Positions 8,566 through 17,230 of a stretch of 28,524 nt of DNA are shown piece by piece. The stretch comes from a virus. Lineage: Duplodnaviria; Caudoviricetes. Position numbers and translations under genes: made by a program. The stretch covers positions 1 through 28,524 of the IMG/VR virus record IMGVR_UViG_3300025880_000959; one strand, 5' to 3'. Positions within the stretch are counted from its first letter, which is position 1; the number at the start of each line of letters is the position of its first letter. The notes under the pieces are model-generated. The model was not told where the DNA came from and did not search any database. It worked only from the letters and a program-made list of their open reading frames with translations.

Positions 8566-8764
8566 CCTTTTCTCCTTTAAATTTATCTTTGATTGGTCCG
8601 TTTTCTAATAGAAAACTACCAAACTTATCACTGTTAACATAATCTCTAAAAACTTTTTTCGCTTCTTCTCCATAGTGCATCAGATCATGTTTATACGGAA
8701 CTTCTAATTGCACTGTTATTCTAATAGTGTCTTCTGCAATCGGATTTGGATTTGGTGTTCCCAT
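8558..8764 (-). CDS. Small hypothetical protein
   Basis: Start revised to MGTPNPNP at 8764 (TAATG overlap). Confidence 0.65.
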   Translation of the reverse strand: MGTPNPNPIAEDTIRITVQLEVPYKHDLMHYGEEAKKVFRDYVNSDKFGSFLLENGPIKDKFKGEKDE

Positions 8765-8898
8765 TATGTTCCTGCTATAGTAATAAGAAAACCACCGAAT
8801 AACATGAATGCTGTTCCTATAACACCTAATATTATTTGTACTATGCCAAAGTGCCACAAGATAGCAAAAATAATAAGACTAAATAAAAAATTCCACAT
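8764..8898 (-). CDS. 44-aa hydrophobic peptide (not in ORF track)
   Basis: MWNFLFSLIIFAILWHFGIVQIILGVIGTAFMLFGGFLITIAGT*; TAATG overlaps at both ends. Confidence 0.7.
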   Translation of the reverse strand: MWNFLFSLIIFAILWHFGIVQIILGVIGTAFMLFGGFLITIAGT

Positions 8899-9155
8899 TA
8901 GTTTAACCCCAATACATTTAATGCACTGCTTAGTCCTGCGTTGTGTAATTCGATATGATCATCTACTTCTTTGATGATCTTATCAGACCCTTCTACTCCA
9001 GCACTTGTTAAACGTTCTACGATTCGTTCTCCATTGGCTTTAGGTTCTTCGTTTACAATTCGTTGAAAAACGTCTGCAACTGATGAACTCTGGCAACATT
9101 GTACTAATCGATCTCTCGTTATTGTAGAGTAATTTATCTGTTGTCCTACTGCCAT
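8898..9155 (-). CDS. Hypothetical protein
   Basis: 85-aa ORF with GAGG SD upstream, coupled to the downstream ORF. Confidence 0.7.
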   Translation of the reverse strand: MAVGQQINYSTITRDRLVQCCQSSSVADVFQRIVNEEPKANGERIVERLTSAGVEGSDKIIKEVDDHIELHNAGLSSALNVLGLN

Positions 9156-9239
9156 TTAAAACCTCGGTCTATTGTTGTTGTTAAAAAGTATTACAGCCAA
9201 CATATATATTATTATTATATAGAATATCCAATCTGGCAT
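9156..9239 (-). CDS. 27-aa single-helix membrane peptide (not in ORF track)
   Basis: MPDWIFYIIIIYMLAVILFNNNNRPRF*; starts in TAATG overlap with the queD stop and ends adjacent to the next ATG. Confidence 0.55.
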   Translation of the reverse strand: MPDWIFYIIIIYMLAVILFNNNNRPRF

Positions 9240-9763
9240 TAGATTTCAAATCCTGCCGAATTAGCACCATGTTCAAAACACTCAACTGATCTTACTCTTA
9301 CAGTAGGATTAAGTGATTTCTTCATGTACTTGGCTTTTTCTAAGATGATTGTCATTTGTTTGAATACTTCTTCAGCAAACTTCTCTGATCCTACGTTATC
9401 CATTACAACAACTCTAGCAAGACCACTTTTACCTAAGTCCTTGATAGCACCTAGTTGAGGGTCATTCTTTGCTACAACGATTGTATGATCAAACTTATCT
9501 TCTAGCCAGTCTTTGAGTTCTTTTAAACCACCAAAGTCTTGTACCCAGTTGCGTTCGTCAAGGCTATCACATTCAAACACAAGTTTGAATCCTAGTGAGT
9601 AACCATGCAGTAATGAACAATGAGAATGTTTTGCTTTCCATTGTCGGAAGCAACAACTAAGTCCTCTGTCATTACCATACGTTTTAGTAGAGAAGAAGGT
9701 TCCCTGAGGGAAGTCTATTGCTTCTACTATTGACTTTTCTTTTTTCTTTAATAATCCAAACAT
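9239..9763 (-). CDS. queD: 6-carboxy-5,6,7,8-tetrahydropterin synthase
   Basis: HCSLLHGY (CxxxHG), WVQDFGGLK, FDH, SEKFA and VECFE; ~20-aa N-terminal extension. Confidence 0.88.
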   Translation of the reverse strand: MFGLLKKKEKSIVEAIDFPQGTFFSTKTYGNDRGLSCCFRQWKAKHSHCSLLHGYSLGFKLVFECDSLDERNWVQDFGGLKELKDWLEDKFDHTIVVAKNDPQLGAIKDLGKSGLARVVVMDNVGSEKFAEEVFKQMTIILEKAKYMKKSLNPTVRVRSVECFEHGANSAGFEI

Positions 9764-9768
9764 AATGT

Positions 9769-9797
9769 ATTTTGCTCTCTTTTAGTTTAATTGTCAA
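9769..9797 (-). promoter_or_regulatory. Possible sigma70 promoter for queD
   Basis: TTGACA (9797-9792), 17 bp, CAAAAT (9774-9769); weak -10. Confidence 0.45.
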
Positions 9798-10234
9798 TCA
9801 GATTGGGCAGATACGACTCTTTTTCGCAAACTGCTTGAACTAAATGAATGATCTCTGCCGTTGTATATGATTTTGCTACCACGTTGTTTAGCAATATCTT
9901 TACCTGTAAATTCTTTATTCTTATATTCATCACCTAATACTCTCACATCTATTGGAAGTGTTAGTAAAAGGTCTATTAGGTCTTGTTCTGTGTTGTAGAT
10001 AACTATCTCATCAACATACTTTACTGCCGCTAGTTGTATCTGTCTTTCAACTATGCTTTGTACTGGTTTGTTCTTTGTTGGCCTGTCTTCTGTAGGATCA
10101 TTTTGTAGTCCTACGATTAAAAAGTCACAATGTCTCTTTGCTTCTTCAAGCATAGTGACATGTCCTGCATGTAGCAAGTCAAAAGTAGAACAAGTAAATC
10201 CTATTCTACCTGAATCCTTATAATGTAACTTCAT
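9794..10234 (-). CDS. Cytidylyltransferase-family protein (TagD/RfaE-II-like)
   Basis: STFDLLHAGH (HxGH), LIVGL, ER..QL, VDE, G.EY and FSSSSLR; start revised to 10234 (ATGA overlap). Confidence 0.88.
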   Translation of the reverse strand: MKLHYKDSGRIGFTCSTFDLLHAGHVTMLEEAKRHCDFLIVGLQNDPTEDRPTKNKPVQSIVERQIQLAAVKYVDEIVIYNTEQDLIDLLLTLPIDVRVLGDEYKNKEFTGKDIAKQRGSKIIYNGRDHSFSSSSLRKRVVSAQSD

Positions 10235-10830
10235 TCTGTACCCCATCCTATAAAAAATAGCATTCTCTGATAGCCTTCTAAGTCATGTGTTATCTCATTG
10301 ACTCTATGTGCTTCATCTCTGCTGTATATTAGTAATCTGTTTGGTTTAGGTAAAAATGTGCCTTCGTCTTTGCTAAACACTATCTCACCTTTATAATTTT
10401 CTTCCCAAGTATCATGCATATACAAAATACTAGTAAACGATTGTTCCGCAGTGCTATTACCCAATGGTGGATCTGTATGTTCTTGTACATGTTGTGCTTT
10501 TGATTGATATTGAAACCACATACTACGAACATTTGGCTTAGTCAAGTTGAGTTCGTTCATGCGTTCGTTGATATTCTTTGTTACTTGTGGCAATGAAGGA
10601 GAACGTAAATACCATGCAACATTAACATATTCACTATCTATAGCACCATACTTTTCATGTGGGTATAGATATCTAATTGGACCAACTTCTGCAAAGTTAT
10701 CACCTGACAATGCTTTGCCATATCTAGGATCATCATTCCATTTTTCATTAGGATCAAATCTGTTAAGCATTTCTTTATTCAATGATTCAAACAAATCATT
10801 GGAAAGAAAATTGTCAGTCACGCAATACAT
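10231..10830 (-). CDS. 2OG-Fe(II) oxygenase
   Basis: N-terminal DNFL, HTD, ILYM...W...YKGE, PKPNRL, H.V and distal R; start revised to 10830 (TAATG overlap). Confidence 0.82.
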   Translation of the reverse strand: MYCVTDNFLSNDLFESLNKEMLNRFDPNEKWNDDPRYGKALSGDNFAEVGPIRYLYPHEKYGAIDSEYVNVAWYLRSPSLPQVTKNINERMNELNLTKPNVRSMWFQYQSKAQHVQEHTDPPLGNSTAEQSFTSILYMHDTWEENYKGEIVFSKDEGTFLPKPNRLLIYSRDEAHRVNEITHDLEGYQRMLFFIGWGTE

Positions 10831-11060
10831 TACTTTGTCAACACCTGCATCATCTTTGCCTGAGATTGTTCTTTTAACCAAACCTCTTCGGTATCACCGA
10901 ATGTTGGTGCGTTTTCTATTACATTGTCTAACATAAACTTTAGTAGATACAAATCTTGTTTGACTCCCCAACGAACATAGCCATCATTGTGAAAAGAATT
11001 CATCTCTACGATTGCTTTACGAATTTCGCTTGTGCAATAAGGAACATCCATATTAGGCAT
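10830..11060 (-). CDS. Small hypothetical protein (paralog of 24148-24369)
   Basis: 76 aa, TAATG-coupled to folE; EMxxxxNDG...APTF motif. Confidence 0.75.
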   Translation of the reverse strand: MPNMDVPYCTSEIRKAIVEMNSFHNDGYVRWGVKQDLYLLKFMLDNVIENAPTFGDTEEVWLKEQSQAKMMQVLTK

Positions 11061-11734
11061 TACTGCATCCTTGCTATACTTAAGAACTCTGCCCTTAGTG
11101 CAGGGTCTGATCTAAACCCACCACCTAATTTACTTGTTATAGTAGAACTACCTGCATCTTCAACACCCCTAGATTTAACACAGTAATGTTGTGCATCGAT
11201 TAAGACTGCTACATCTTCTGTGTTCAGGATAAATGATAGTGCGTGATATACTTGCTCAGTTAGACGTTCTTGTATTTGAGGTCTTTTAGAAAAATATTCT
11301 ACAACTCTGTTAATTTTAGATAGACCTAATACAGTCTCGTTCGGAATGTATGCTACAGTTGCTAGACCATCGATTACTACAAAGTGATGTTCACAATTAG
11401 ATTGTACATTGATGTTTCTTTCTACAACCATTTCGTCATACTTCATCTTGTTATCAACTACAGTTGCTTTAGGGAAAGCATCATAGTCTAGTCCCCAAAA
11501 GATTTCGTTGACATACATCTTAGCAACACGTTTAGGTGTGTCCATTAGACTGTCATCCTTAAGATCAAGTCCTAATGTTTCCATGATTGTATCAAATGAC
11601 TTTTCGATTTTGTCGATTTTGTCTGTACGAGATAGACCATTGTCAATGACTGGAGTTTCTACTCCCATTGAGACTAAATGATCGTGTACTTGTTGCCCTA
11701 GAACCGGGTCGGTTTTTGTTTTGTTATAAGACAT
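11060..11734 (-). CDS. folE: GTP cyclohydrolase I
   Basis: TPKRVAKMY, SNCEHH, GLSKINR, RPQIQERLT and HYCVKSRG. Confidence 0.96.
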   Translation of the reverse strand: MSYNKTKTDPVLGQQVHDHLVSMGVETPVIDNGLSRTDKIDKIEKSFDTIMETLGLDLKDDSLMDTPKRVAKMYVNEIFWGLDYDAFPKATVVDNKMKYDEMVVERNINVQSNCEHHFVVIDGLATVAYIPNETVLGLSKINRVVEYFSKRPQIQERLTEQVYHALSFILNTEDVAVLIDAQHYCVKSRGVEDAGSSTITSKLGGGFRSDPALRAEFLSIARMQ

Positions 11735-11780
11735 TTGTCTTTTCTCCTTCCTAACGCGGATAAATTAATTCAATTGTTTG

Positions 11781-11810
11781 TGTAGCCTTTGTGCTACATT
11801 AGTATTTATA
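11781..11810 (-). promoter_or_regulatory. Exact T4 late promoter consensus followed by a hairpin in the folE leader
   Basis: TATAAATA (11810-11803), then TGTAGC-ACAAAG-GCTACA (11798-11781). Confidence 0.6.
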
Positions 11811-12816
11811 CATTATACGATGATATGTTATATTTTTCAAGTATAAAGGGTAATATAACTTGATCTACAAAGTCCTTGTGTTGTTCTGAACCTGGATGTG
11901 GATCACCTTTACGTGGAAAATCATGTTCTGACACGTGATTTACCCAATGATGCAGGTTACGAACTGGCAAAAATGTATCTCTGTCAATCATCTTGTAAAG
12001 GTAATTTACTTCAGGGTGTGTATCTTTAATTGATACTTCTTCTAATTCTTTTTCAGGGTCTCTGCCTCGATTAAAAAGTGCATTATGATGAACTGCTACT
12101 CCTTCTACAAAATCAAATTTGTCTGCATAAAAATGATTTATCACCGGCCCATGCGGACCACAATATGTAAATACATCAAAATCATACTCAGTCATAAAAA
12201 AAGGTATCCCATGCATTTTTAAAAACCATTGTGTTCTTAAAACATGTTCGCATGTTTGCATAATTGCATATGTTGGATTTACATAGTTTGCAAAATATTC
12301 AATAGTCTTTTTATCTCTCCAATGAGCATTGAGTGAATAATGTCCCATATGATTAGGATTACGTATTGATGTAGGAGAGGCGGCTTGCCAGGCATTTGAT
12401 TGTTCTCTTAGTCGTTCTTCATCGATACTACTAACAAATTTTCCTTGGTAATCGAATCCTGCCATGCCTGTTTCTGCTCTTAAAAAATCTTCCATCATCT
12501 CAGTATGCGATTCACACTCAGGAATATGAGTTGTTGATTCATATGTTGCAGGAGTATCACTAAAATACAGCATTCGATCACAACCAGACCACATAACTCC
12601 TACTAAAATATCTTTTGGATTATATCCTTCTGACAATGCAATCTCAACTGCACTAATAACAGAACGAGATATGAATTCATTACCATAAGAACCTTGTCCA
12701 GAGTAACTTATTTTTTCAGGATTTAATGCTTTGACCATCCAAACTGGCCATGGTGTGTCTCGTGTTCTAATTTGAGAGTATGAACAACCACCTGAGATAA
12801 AGACTTTTGTTTTCAT
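11806..12816 (-). CDS. SGNH/GDSL-like hypothetical protein
   Basis: GGCSYS, GSYGN, VMWSG..R and C-terminal DPHP....H. Confidence 0.6.
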   Translation of the reverse strand: MKTKVFISGGCSYSQIRTRDTPWPVWMVKALNPEKISYSGQGSYGNEFISRSVISAVEIALSEGYNPKDILVGVMWSGCDRMLYFSDTPATYESTTHIPECESHTEMMEDFLRAETGMAGFDYQGKFVSSIDEERLREQSNAWQAASPTSIRNPNHMGHYSLNAHWRDKKTIEYFANYVNPTYAIMQTCEHVLRTQWFLKMHGIPFFMTEYDFDVFTYCGPHGPVINHFYADKFDFVEGVAVHHNALFNRGRDPEKELEEVSIKDTHPEVNYLYKMIDRDTFLPVRNLHHWVNHVSEHDFPRKGDPHPGSEQHKDFVDQVILPFILEKYNISSYNV

Positions 12817-13424
12817 TTAATATCTATCCATGTAAAAATTTGTACAATTCTAGCAGTATCATCAGTTGATCCAAAGCAAGGCCCGATGCCATGAAACTTG
12901 TATGCTGGGTAAATAAGTAATCTATTGTAGATCACATTAGAACTTGTATGCATAGTCCATTGGTTTATATCTTTGTCTTCTTTATTCAATACTAGAGTAT
13001 TTAGTTGGTCTATACTTAGCAACCGATCTAACCCAGTTGAGTTTTGCTTATAAAATAACGTTCCTGGAGTTGATTCTTGGTCTTTAGAAAGATACAAGAC
13101 ACCTGCATAATAGGAATTATCACTGCTATCTGCATGGACAACATTATCAAACATACCTTGCTGTCCTTCTTCCTTGCTTATTCTAAATTTGCCACTGTCT
13201 AGTTGTCTCATTTGTCTGAGATTCTTATGTAAGTGTTTAGATACTACTGCATCAATCCAAGCAGGACTGTGTGCATCTTTACTCATCTTGCCAGACCACG
13301 GCGCATTACCATGGGGAAATCCTTTTGATACCTTTTCAGGATAGTAGTCACATGTAAGTGCAACCTCTCTTACAAGATCAGGTTCATCATAAAAATTATC
13401 AATGATAGTTAGACTGGCATCCAT
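12813..13424 (-). CDS. 2OG-Fe(II) oxygenase-like protein (DUF6445-like)
   Basis: IIDNFY..P..VR, HAD, GVLYL, GT.FY, YNRL..Y....FH and R.VQ.F. Confidence 0.75.
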   Translation of the reverse strand: MDASLTIIDNFYDEPDLVREVALTCDYYPEKVSKGFPHGNAPWSGKMSKDAHSPAWIDAVVSKHLHKNLRQMRQLDSGKFRISKEEGQQGMFDNVVHADSSDNSYYAGVLYLSKDQESTPGTLFYKQNSTGLDRLLSIDQLNTLVLNKEDKDINQWTMHTSSNVIYNRLLIYPAYKFHGIGPCFGSTDDTARIVQIFTWIDIK

Positions 13425-14563
13425 TAGTTATTTTCAAATACTTTATTATATTGATTATTTACTCTAACAAATGTAGTACACTTACTTAAATCTTTGAGCA
13501 TACGTGCTCCTGCGTAAGTACAGGCGCTTCTAATACCCCCTAAGATGTCTTGTACTGTGTTTCTGACTGAGCCTTTATATGGAATCTTTACAGTTCTACC
13601 TTCAGAACTTCGGTAGTCTTTGAGTCCTCCAAAATGCTTAGTATTAGCAGTATCACTACTCATGCCATAGAATTGTATAAACTTCTTTTCTTCAGTTTTA
13701 TGTTTACGGTTTGTCAAATGATCTCTAACTTCGTACTCAATTTCATTTGTTTCATAAAACTTAGTGATTATGTCACCACCGCCCTCATCATGTCCTGCTA
13801 ACATGCCACCTAGCATTACAAAGTCTGCACCAGCACCAAATGCTTTTGCTACATCTCCAGAACTACTACAACCGCCATCAGCAATGATGTGTCCACCAAG
13901 ACCATGAGCGGCATCGGCACATTCAATGATTGCCGATAGCTGGGGATATCCCACACCAGTCTTAATACGAGTAGTGCAAACACTACCAGGCCCAATACCC
14001 ACTTTAACGATATCTGCTCCACTTAATATTAACTCCTCTGTCATTTCACCTGTCACTACATTGCCTGCAATGATAACTAACTCCGGGTATTTTTCTCTAA
14101 TCTGTTCTACTGTAGTCGCAAAACGTTCTGAATATCCGTTAGCAACATCAATGCACAAAAACTTGAGAGGGTTTAAACTCATAACTTTGTCAAGTTTTTC
14201 TAAGTCTTGTTCAGCAATACCGATACTCATTGCAACATAACATCTTTTTGCAAGACCGTTACCAGTAGTAAAGTATTCTACTAACTCTGGTGCTGAATAA
14301 GTCTTAACTAAACAAGTAAATAATTCTTGTTTAATAAGAGCATCAGCCATTTCAAATGTACCGACCCCATCCATATTCGATGCCATGATCGGCACCCCTG
14401 AGTAGTGTCCAGGCCTTTCTGTATTTTCAGGGAAGTCCGGATCGTAATTTCTAAAAGTATAACTTCTGCGAAGATCAACTTCTTTGCGAGAGCCCAGTGT
14501 TGATCTTTTGGGTTTTATAAGTACATCTGAAAAATCTAATTTAACTTCAGATTCTATTCTCAT
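13424..14563 (-). CDS. guaC: GMP reductase
   Basis: [51 protein letters not shown] and YRSSEG. Confidence 0.95.
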   Translation of the reverse strand: MRIESEVKLDFSDVLIKPKRSTLGSRKEVDLRRSYTFRNYDPDFPENTERPGHYSGVPIMASNMDGVGTFEMADALIKQELFTCLVKTYSAPELVEYFTTGNGLAKRCYVAMSIGIAEQDLEKLDKVMSLNPLKFLCIDVANGYSERFATTVEQIREKYPELVIIAGNVVTGEMTEELILSGADIVKVGIGPGSVCTTRIKTGVGYPQLSAIIECADAAHGLGGHIIADGGCSSSGDVAKAFGAGADFVMLGGMLAGHDEGGGDIITKFYETNEIEYEVRDHLTNRKHKTEEKKFIQFYGMSSDTANTKHFGGLKDYRSSEGRTVKIPYKGSVRNTVQDILGGIRSACTYAGARMLKDLSKCTTFVRVNNQYNKVFENN

Positions 14564-15750
14564 TAAAATTTTGCCTCTCTTGTGTGCTTTCTATAGTCAG
14601 TTGACATTCTCAACCATTCTTCGCCTTTGCCATCCATGATGTCAATACAACGATCAATTGTTCCGTTAGTCCAATCAGAGATATCGCCTATCTTAGAATG
14701 TGGACCAACTAGTAATGGATGTAATTTACCTATTGCATCTTCAAGTGACCATGGAAGATAAAGTCTGTCTATATCATTAGCAAATGTTTCAGGGAAACTT
14801 CTATAAGCAGGGAACAGAACATTACAACCTAATGCATCACCTTCTGAGACTGTATTGCTTACCCAGTCTTGCAATGCACAATTAAAGATAACTCTAGTAT
14901 CATTTAGCAAACGATAGTAATCGTTCTTAGATAGATTCTCGTGGATAACTAGTTTCTTTTGCTTCTGCAATTTCCTTGTACGTTTCATATATGAATCGTT
15001 ATTGCTTTTTAGTTCTCCACCTGAGAATACACAGAATTCTATACCATGATCTTTACCATATCTTTTATACCATTCTTCAATAAGGTCCATATAAAAGTCA
15101 GGTTGTTTCTCTTGGTCCCAACGAGCAGTAAATGCTACTCTCATTTTACGATCAGGAAAGTCTTTATATTCTTCTAATTCTAGTAAACGTCTGCGTACTT
15201 CGTCTTTACCAAATGCAAGACCTGAGATATTATAGATAGGAGCAGTCCAACCTGCTATCTTCATGTGAGCAACCATTTCTTCGTTAGTTGCTAAGACACC
15301 AGTAACAAATTCATTGACCATCTTTTCGTAAAGACCCATCCACTTCTCCATGCCCCAGACATGTACGAAATCATCTGGGTCAACAGATTGTGCTAAACAT
15401 CTTACAAAGACTTTAGGTCTGTGTTCTTCAGCAATTTGATCCATGATATAAGGAAGTGATTCGATACCAGGCTGAAACATATCTTCAAAAAAGATACAGT
15501 CTTCACTTGTTACTTCACCTTCTTTCATCAGTTTAACTAAAGACATCATCTGTGACATACCAAAGTATGAACGACCATGTGCATCTAACACTTGACCTGT
15601 TACAATAGATTGATCAGTTGATAATAGATCACCTGGGACAACTACATAATCAAGTTTGCGTTTATCAAAAGCCTCAGTACTCCAGTCTTGTAATTGCAAA
15701 GTGTATCTTGCTTCATAAGGCTCAAGTCCCATATAATATAATCGTCTCAT
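14563..15750 (-). CDS. GT-B fold glycosyltransferase
   Basis: [27 protein letters not shown]...SFPE resemble the GT4-like nucleotide-sugar-binding C-terminal domain. Confidence 0.75.
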   Translation of the reverse strand: MRRLYYMGLEPYEARYTLQLQDWSTEAFDKRKLDYVVVPGDLLSTDQSIVTGQVLDAHGRSYFGMSQMMSLVKLMKEGEVTSEDCIFFEDMFQPGIESLPYIMDQIAEEHRPKVFVRCLAQSVDPDDFVHVWGMEKWMGLYEKMVNEFVTGVLATNEEMVAHMKIAGWTAPIYNISGLAFGKDEVRRRLLELEEYKDFPDRKMRVAFTARWDQEKQPDFYMDLIEEWYKRYGKDHGIEFCVFSGGELKSNNDSYMKRTRKLQKQKKLVIHENLSKNDYYRLLNDTRVIFNCALQDWVSNTVSEGDALGCNVLFPAYRSFPETFANDIDRLYLPWSLEDAIGKLHPLLVGPHSKIGDISDWTNGTIDRCIDIMDGKGEEWLRMSTDYRKHTREAKF

Positions 15751-16562
15751 TTCTTATCTCCGTTTAAACTTATTCGTTCTATGTCACTTTCAACACAACT
15801 TTCACCGTATTGTATTTCTATAATTTTTAGTGGTTCATCTGTCATGTTACGTAGTTGATGCCAACTCTTTTTGGGTATCCATGTCGAACCAAACTTATCA
15901 AAATTACCTAAATCCTTGTATGTCCCATCAGCATGTATGCTCCACACTGTTGCTATTCCTTCACTGACAAACCAAAACTCTGCTCGACTTTTATGTCGTT
16001 GCATACTTAGTGTTTTGCCTGGGTCAACAGTAAGTTCTTTTACTTTAACATATTCTGATTCTTCATGCAACACACGATAGTAACCCCATTTACGTTGAGT
16101 CTTTGGAGCCTTCCATTCTTGTAGGATCCATGAACTTGAATTCTTTTTGTCTTTGCCTCCTACACCAAACTCAAATGACACATTAGAATCATCTAAATCC
16201 ATTTCAGGGATATTCGTTTTAGTTCTATCACCACCGTTTGCATAAATGATATGACTGTCAGGGAACTCTGCTCTCAATTTTACAATCGCATCCTTACCAC
16301 TATCGTCACTATCATCAAATGTCATTACACCATCAACAGAACCAAGTGCAAACAATATTGCTACACGTTCATCAATAGGCATGAACGACCTGCCCTTCTT
16401 ACGAGCAAGCCATTCATCACTGTTAACTCCCACGATAAGTTTTGATCCTAACTCTTTAGAAGCATCTATATAAGATAGATGTCCTTTGTGTATAGGATCA
16501 AACCCACCTGTGATCAATACGATATTATCGGCGTTGATAGCGTTTCTCAAATCGTCTTGCAT
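15747..16562 (-). CDS. Cytidylyltransferase-family / mannose-6-phosphate isomerase-type cupin fusion
   Basis: N-domain TGGFDPIHKGH, GVNSD.WL..KKG and ANGGDR; C-domain R.WG.Y, LSMQRH..RAE.W, H.L.N and IEIQYG...E.DI.R. Confidence 0.88.
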   Translation of the reverse strand: MQDDLRNAINADNIVLITGGFDPIHKGHLSYIDASKELGSKLIVGVNSDEWLARKKGRSFMPIDERVAILFALGSVDGVMTFDDSDDSGKDAIVKLRAEFPDSHIIYANGGDRTKTNIPEMDLDDSNVSFEFGVGGKDKKNSSSWILQEWKAPKTQRKWGYYRVLHEESEYVKVKELTVDPGKTLSMQRHKSRAEFWFVSEGIATVWSIHADGTYKDLGNFDKFGSTWIPKKSWHQLRNMTDEPLKIIEIQYGESCVESDIERISLNGDKK

Positions 16563-16740
16563 CTACGTCCCACATGTTGGTAACTTGCTTACCAGCCAGA
16601 TATTTTTGGTTATACAATCTCCAAACATAACTGCGATTGTTGTACAAGTCTGCGGGTTCATATCGAAACCCGAAGTCTTTTGTGAAGGCTGTGTAAGCCT
16701 CAAGGTCCTCAAAAACTTGAACAGTTTTAGGGTTTGACAT
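16525..16740 (-). CDS. Small hypothetical protein between dpdL-like gene and sugar module
   Basis: 71-aa aromatic-rich ORF with AAGGA SD upstream; preferred over the overlapping 16563-16760 frame. Confidence 0.7.
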   Translation of the reverse strand: MSNPKTVQVFEDLEAYTAFTKDFGFRYEPADLYNNRSYVWRLYNQKYLAGKQVTNMWDVDARRFEKRYQRR

Positions 16741-16772
16741 TGTAATATTCCTTCTCTCATATTACCTTAGTG

Positions 16773-17186
16773 TTATGCATCCGAGTTATTCGGATACTCC
16801 ATTTCGCAACCGTTTTCGTTATCTTCGGCTACTGAAATCTTTATGTAACGACCTGGATACTTTGTTTGTATTTCTAATGCCAAATCGTCTGCGATCATTT
16901 CACAACTCTTATGATTAAGTTGTAATACACTTGTACTGCTTTCTACTTCTGCGTACAAACGTTCTAACCATCTTTTAAACTGTATAAATTCGATATCTCT
17001 ATCATCATGGAAGACCTCAATCCATACTTTGAAGTGAAATATATGTCTGTGAGGGTAGCCTAAGAACGATACATCGTCCCAGTCACCTGTCGCAAGTTTA
17101 GGATCAGTATCAGCACCAGGATACATGTGTATACCTTCTTTGCTAAATGTTACCCATATAGTTCTTTGTGCTGTTTTGTCAGTCAT
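16773..17186 (-). CDS. dpdL: QueD-like T-fold protein, DpdL-like (candidate CDG decarboxylase)
   Basis: EGIH.YP, LGYPHRHIF (LxxxHRHxF), DRDIEF, SCEMIA and V.ED.ENG; lacks the QueD CxxxHG motif; adjacent to the TGT-like gene. Confidence 0.65.
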   Translation of the reverse strand: MTDKTAQRTIWVTFSKEGIHMYPGADTDPKLATGDWDDVSFLGYPHRHIFHFKVWIEVFHDDRDIEFIQFKRWLERLYAEVESSTSVLQLNHKSCEMIADDLALEIQTKYPGRYIKISVAEDNENGCEMEYPNNSDA

Positions 17187-17228
17187 AGTGCTATGATACT
17201 CATTTTTAGTGTTAAAGTCAATGACTTT
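17183..17228 (-). promoter_or_regulatory. sigma70-like promoter overlapped by two palindromes
   Basis: TTGACT (17221-17216), 17 bp, TATCAT (17198-17193). Palindromes AAAGTCA-A-TGACTTT (17214-17228) and TCATAG-TG-CTATGA (17183-17196). Confidence 0.7.
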
Positions 17229-17230
17229 GG

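Noticed and set aside
11735-11810. preQ1 riboswitch upstream of folE
   Set aside because: No recognisable preQ1-I loop or A-rich pseudoknot tail; kept only as an unspecified structured leader.
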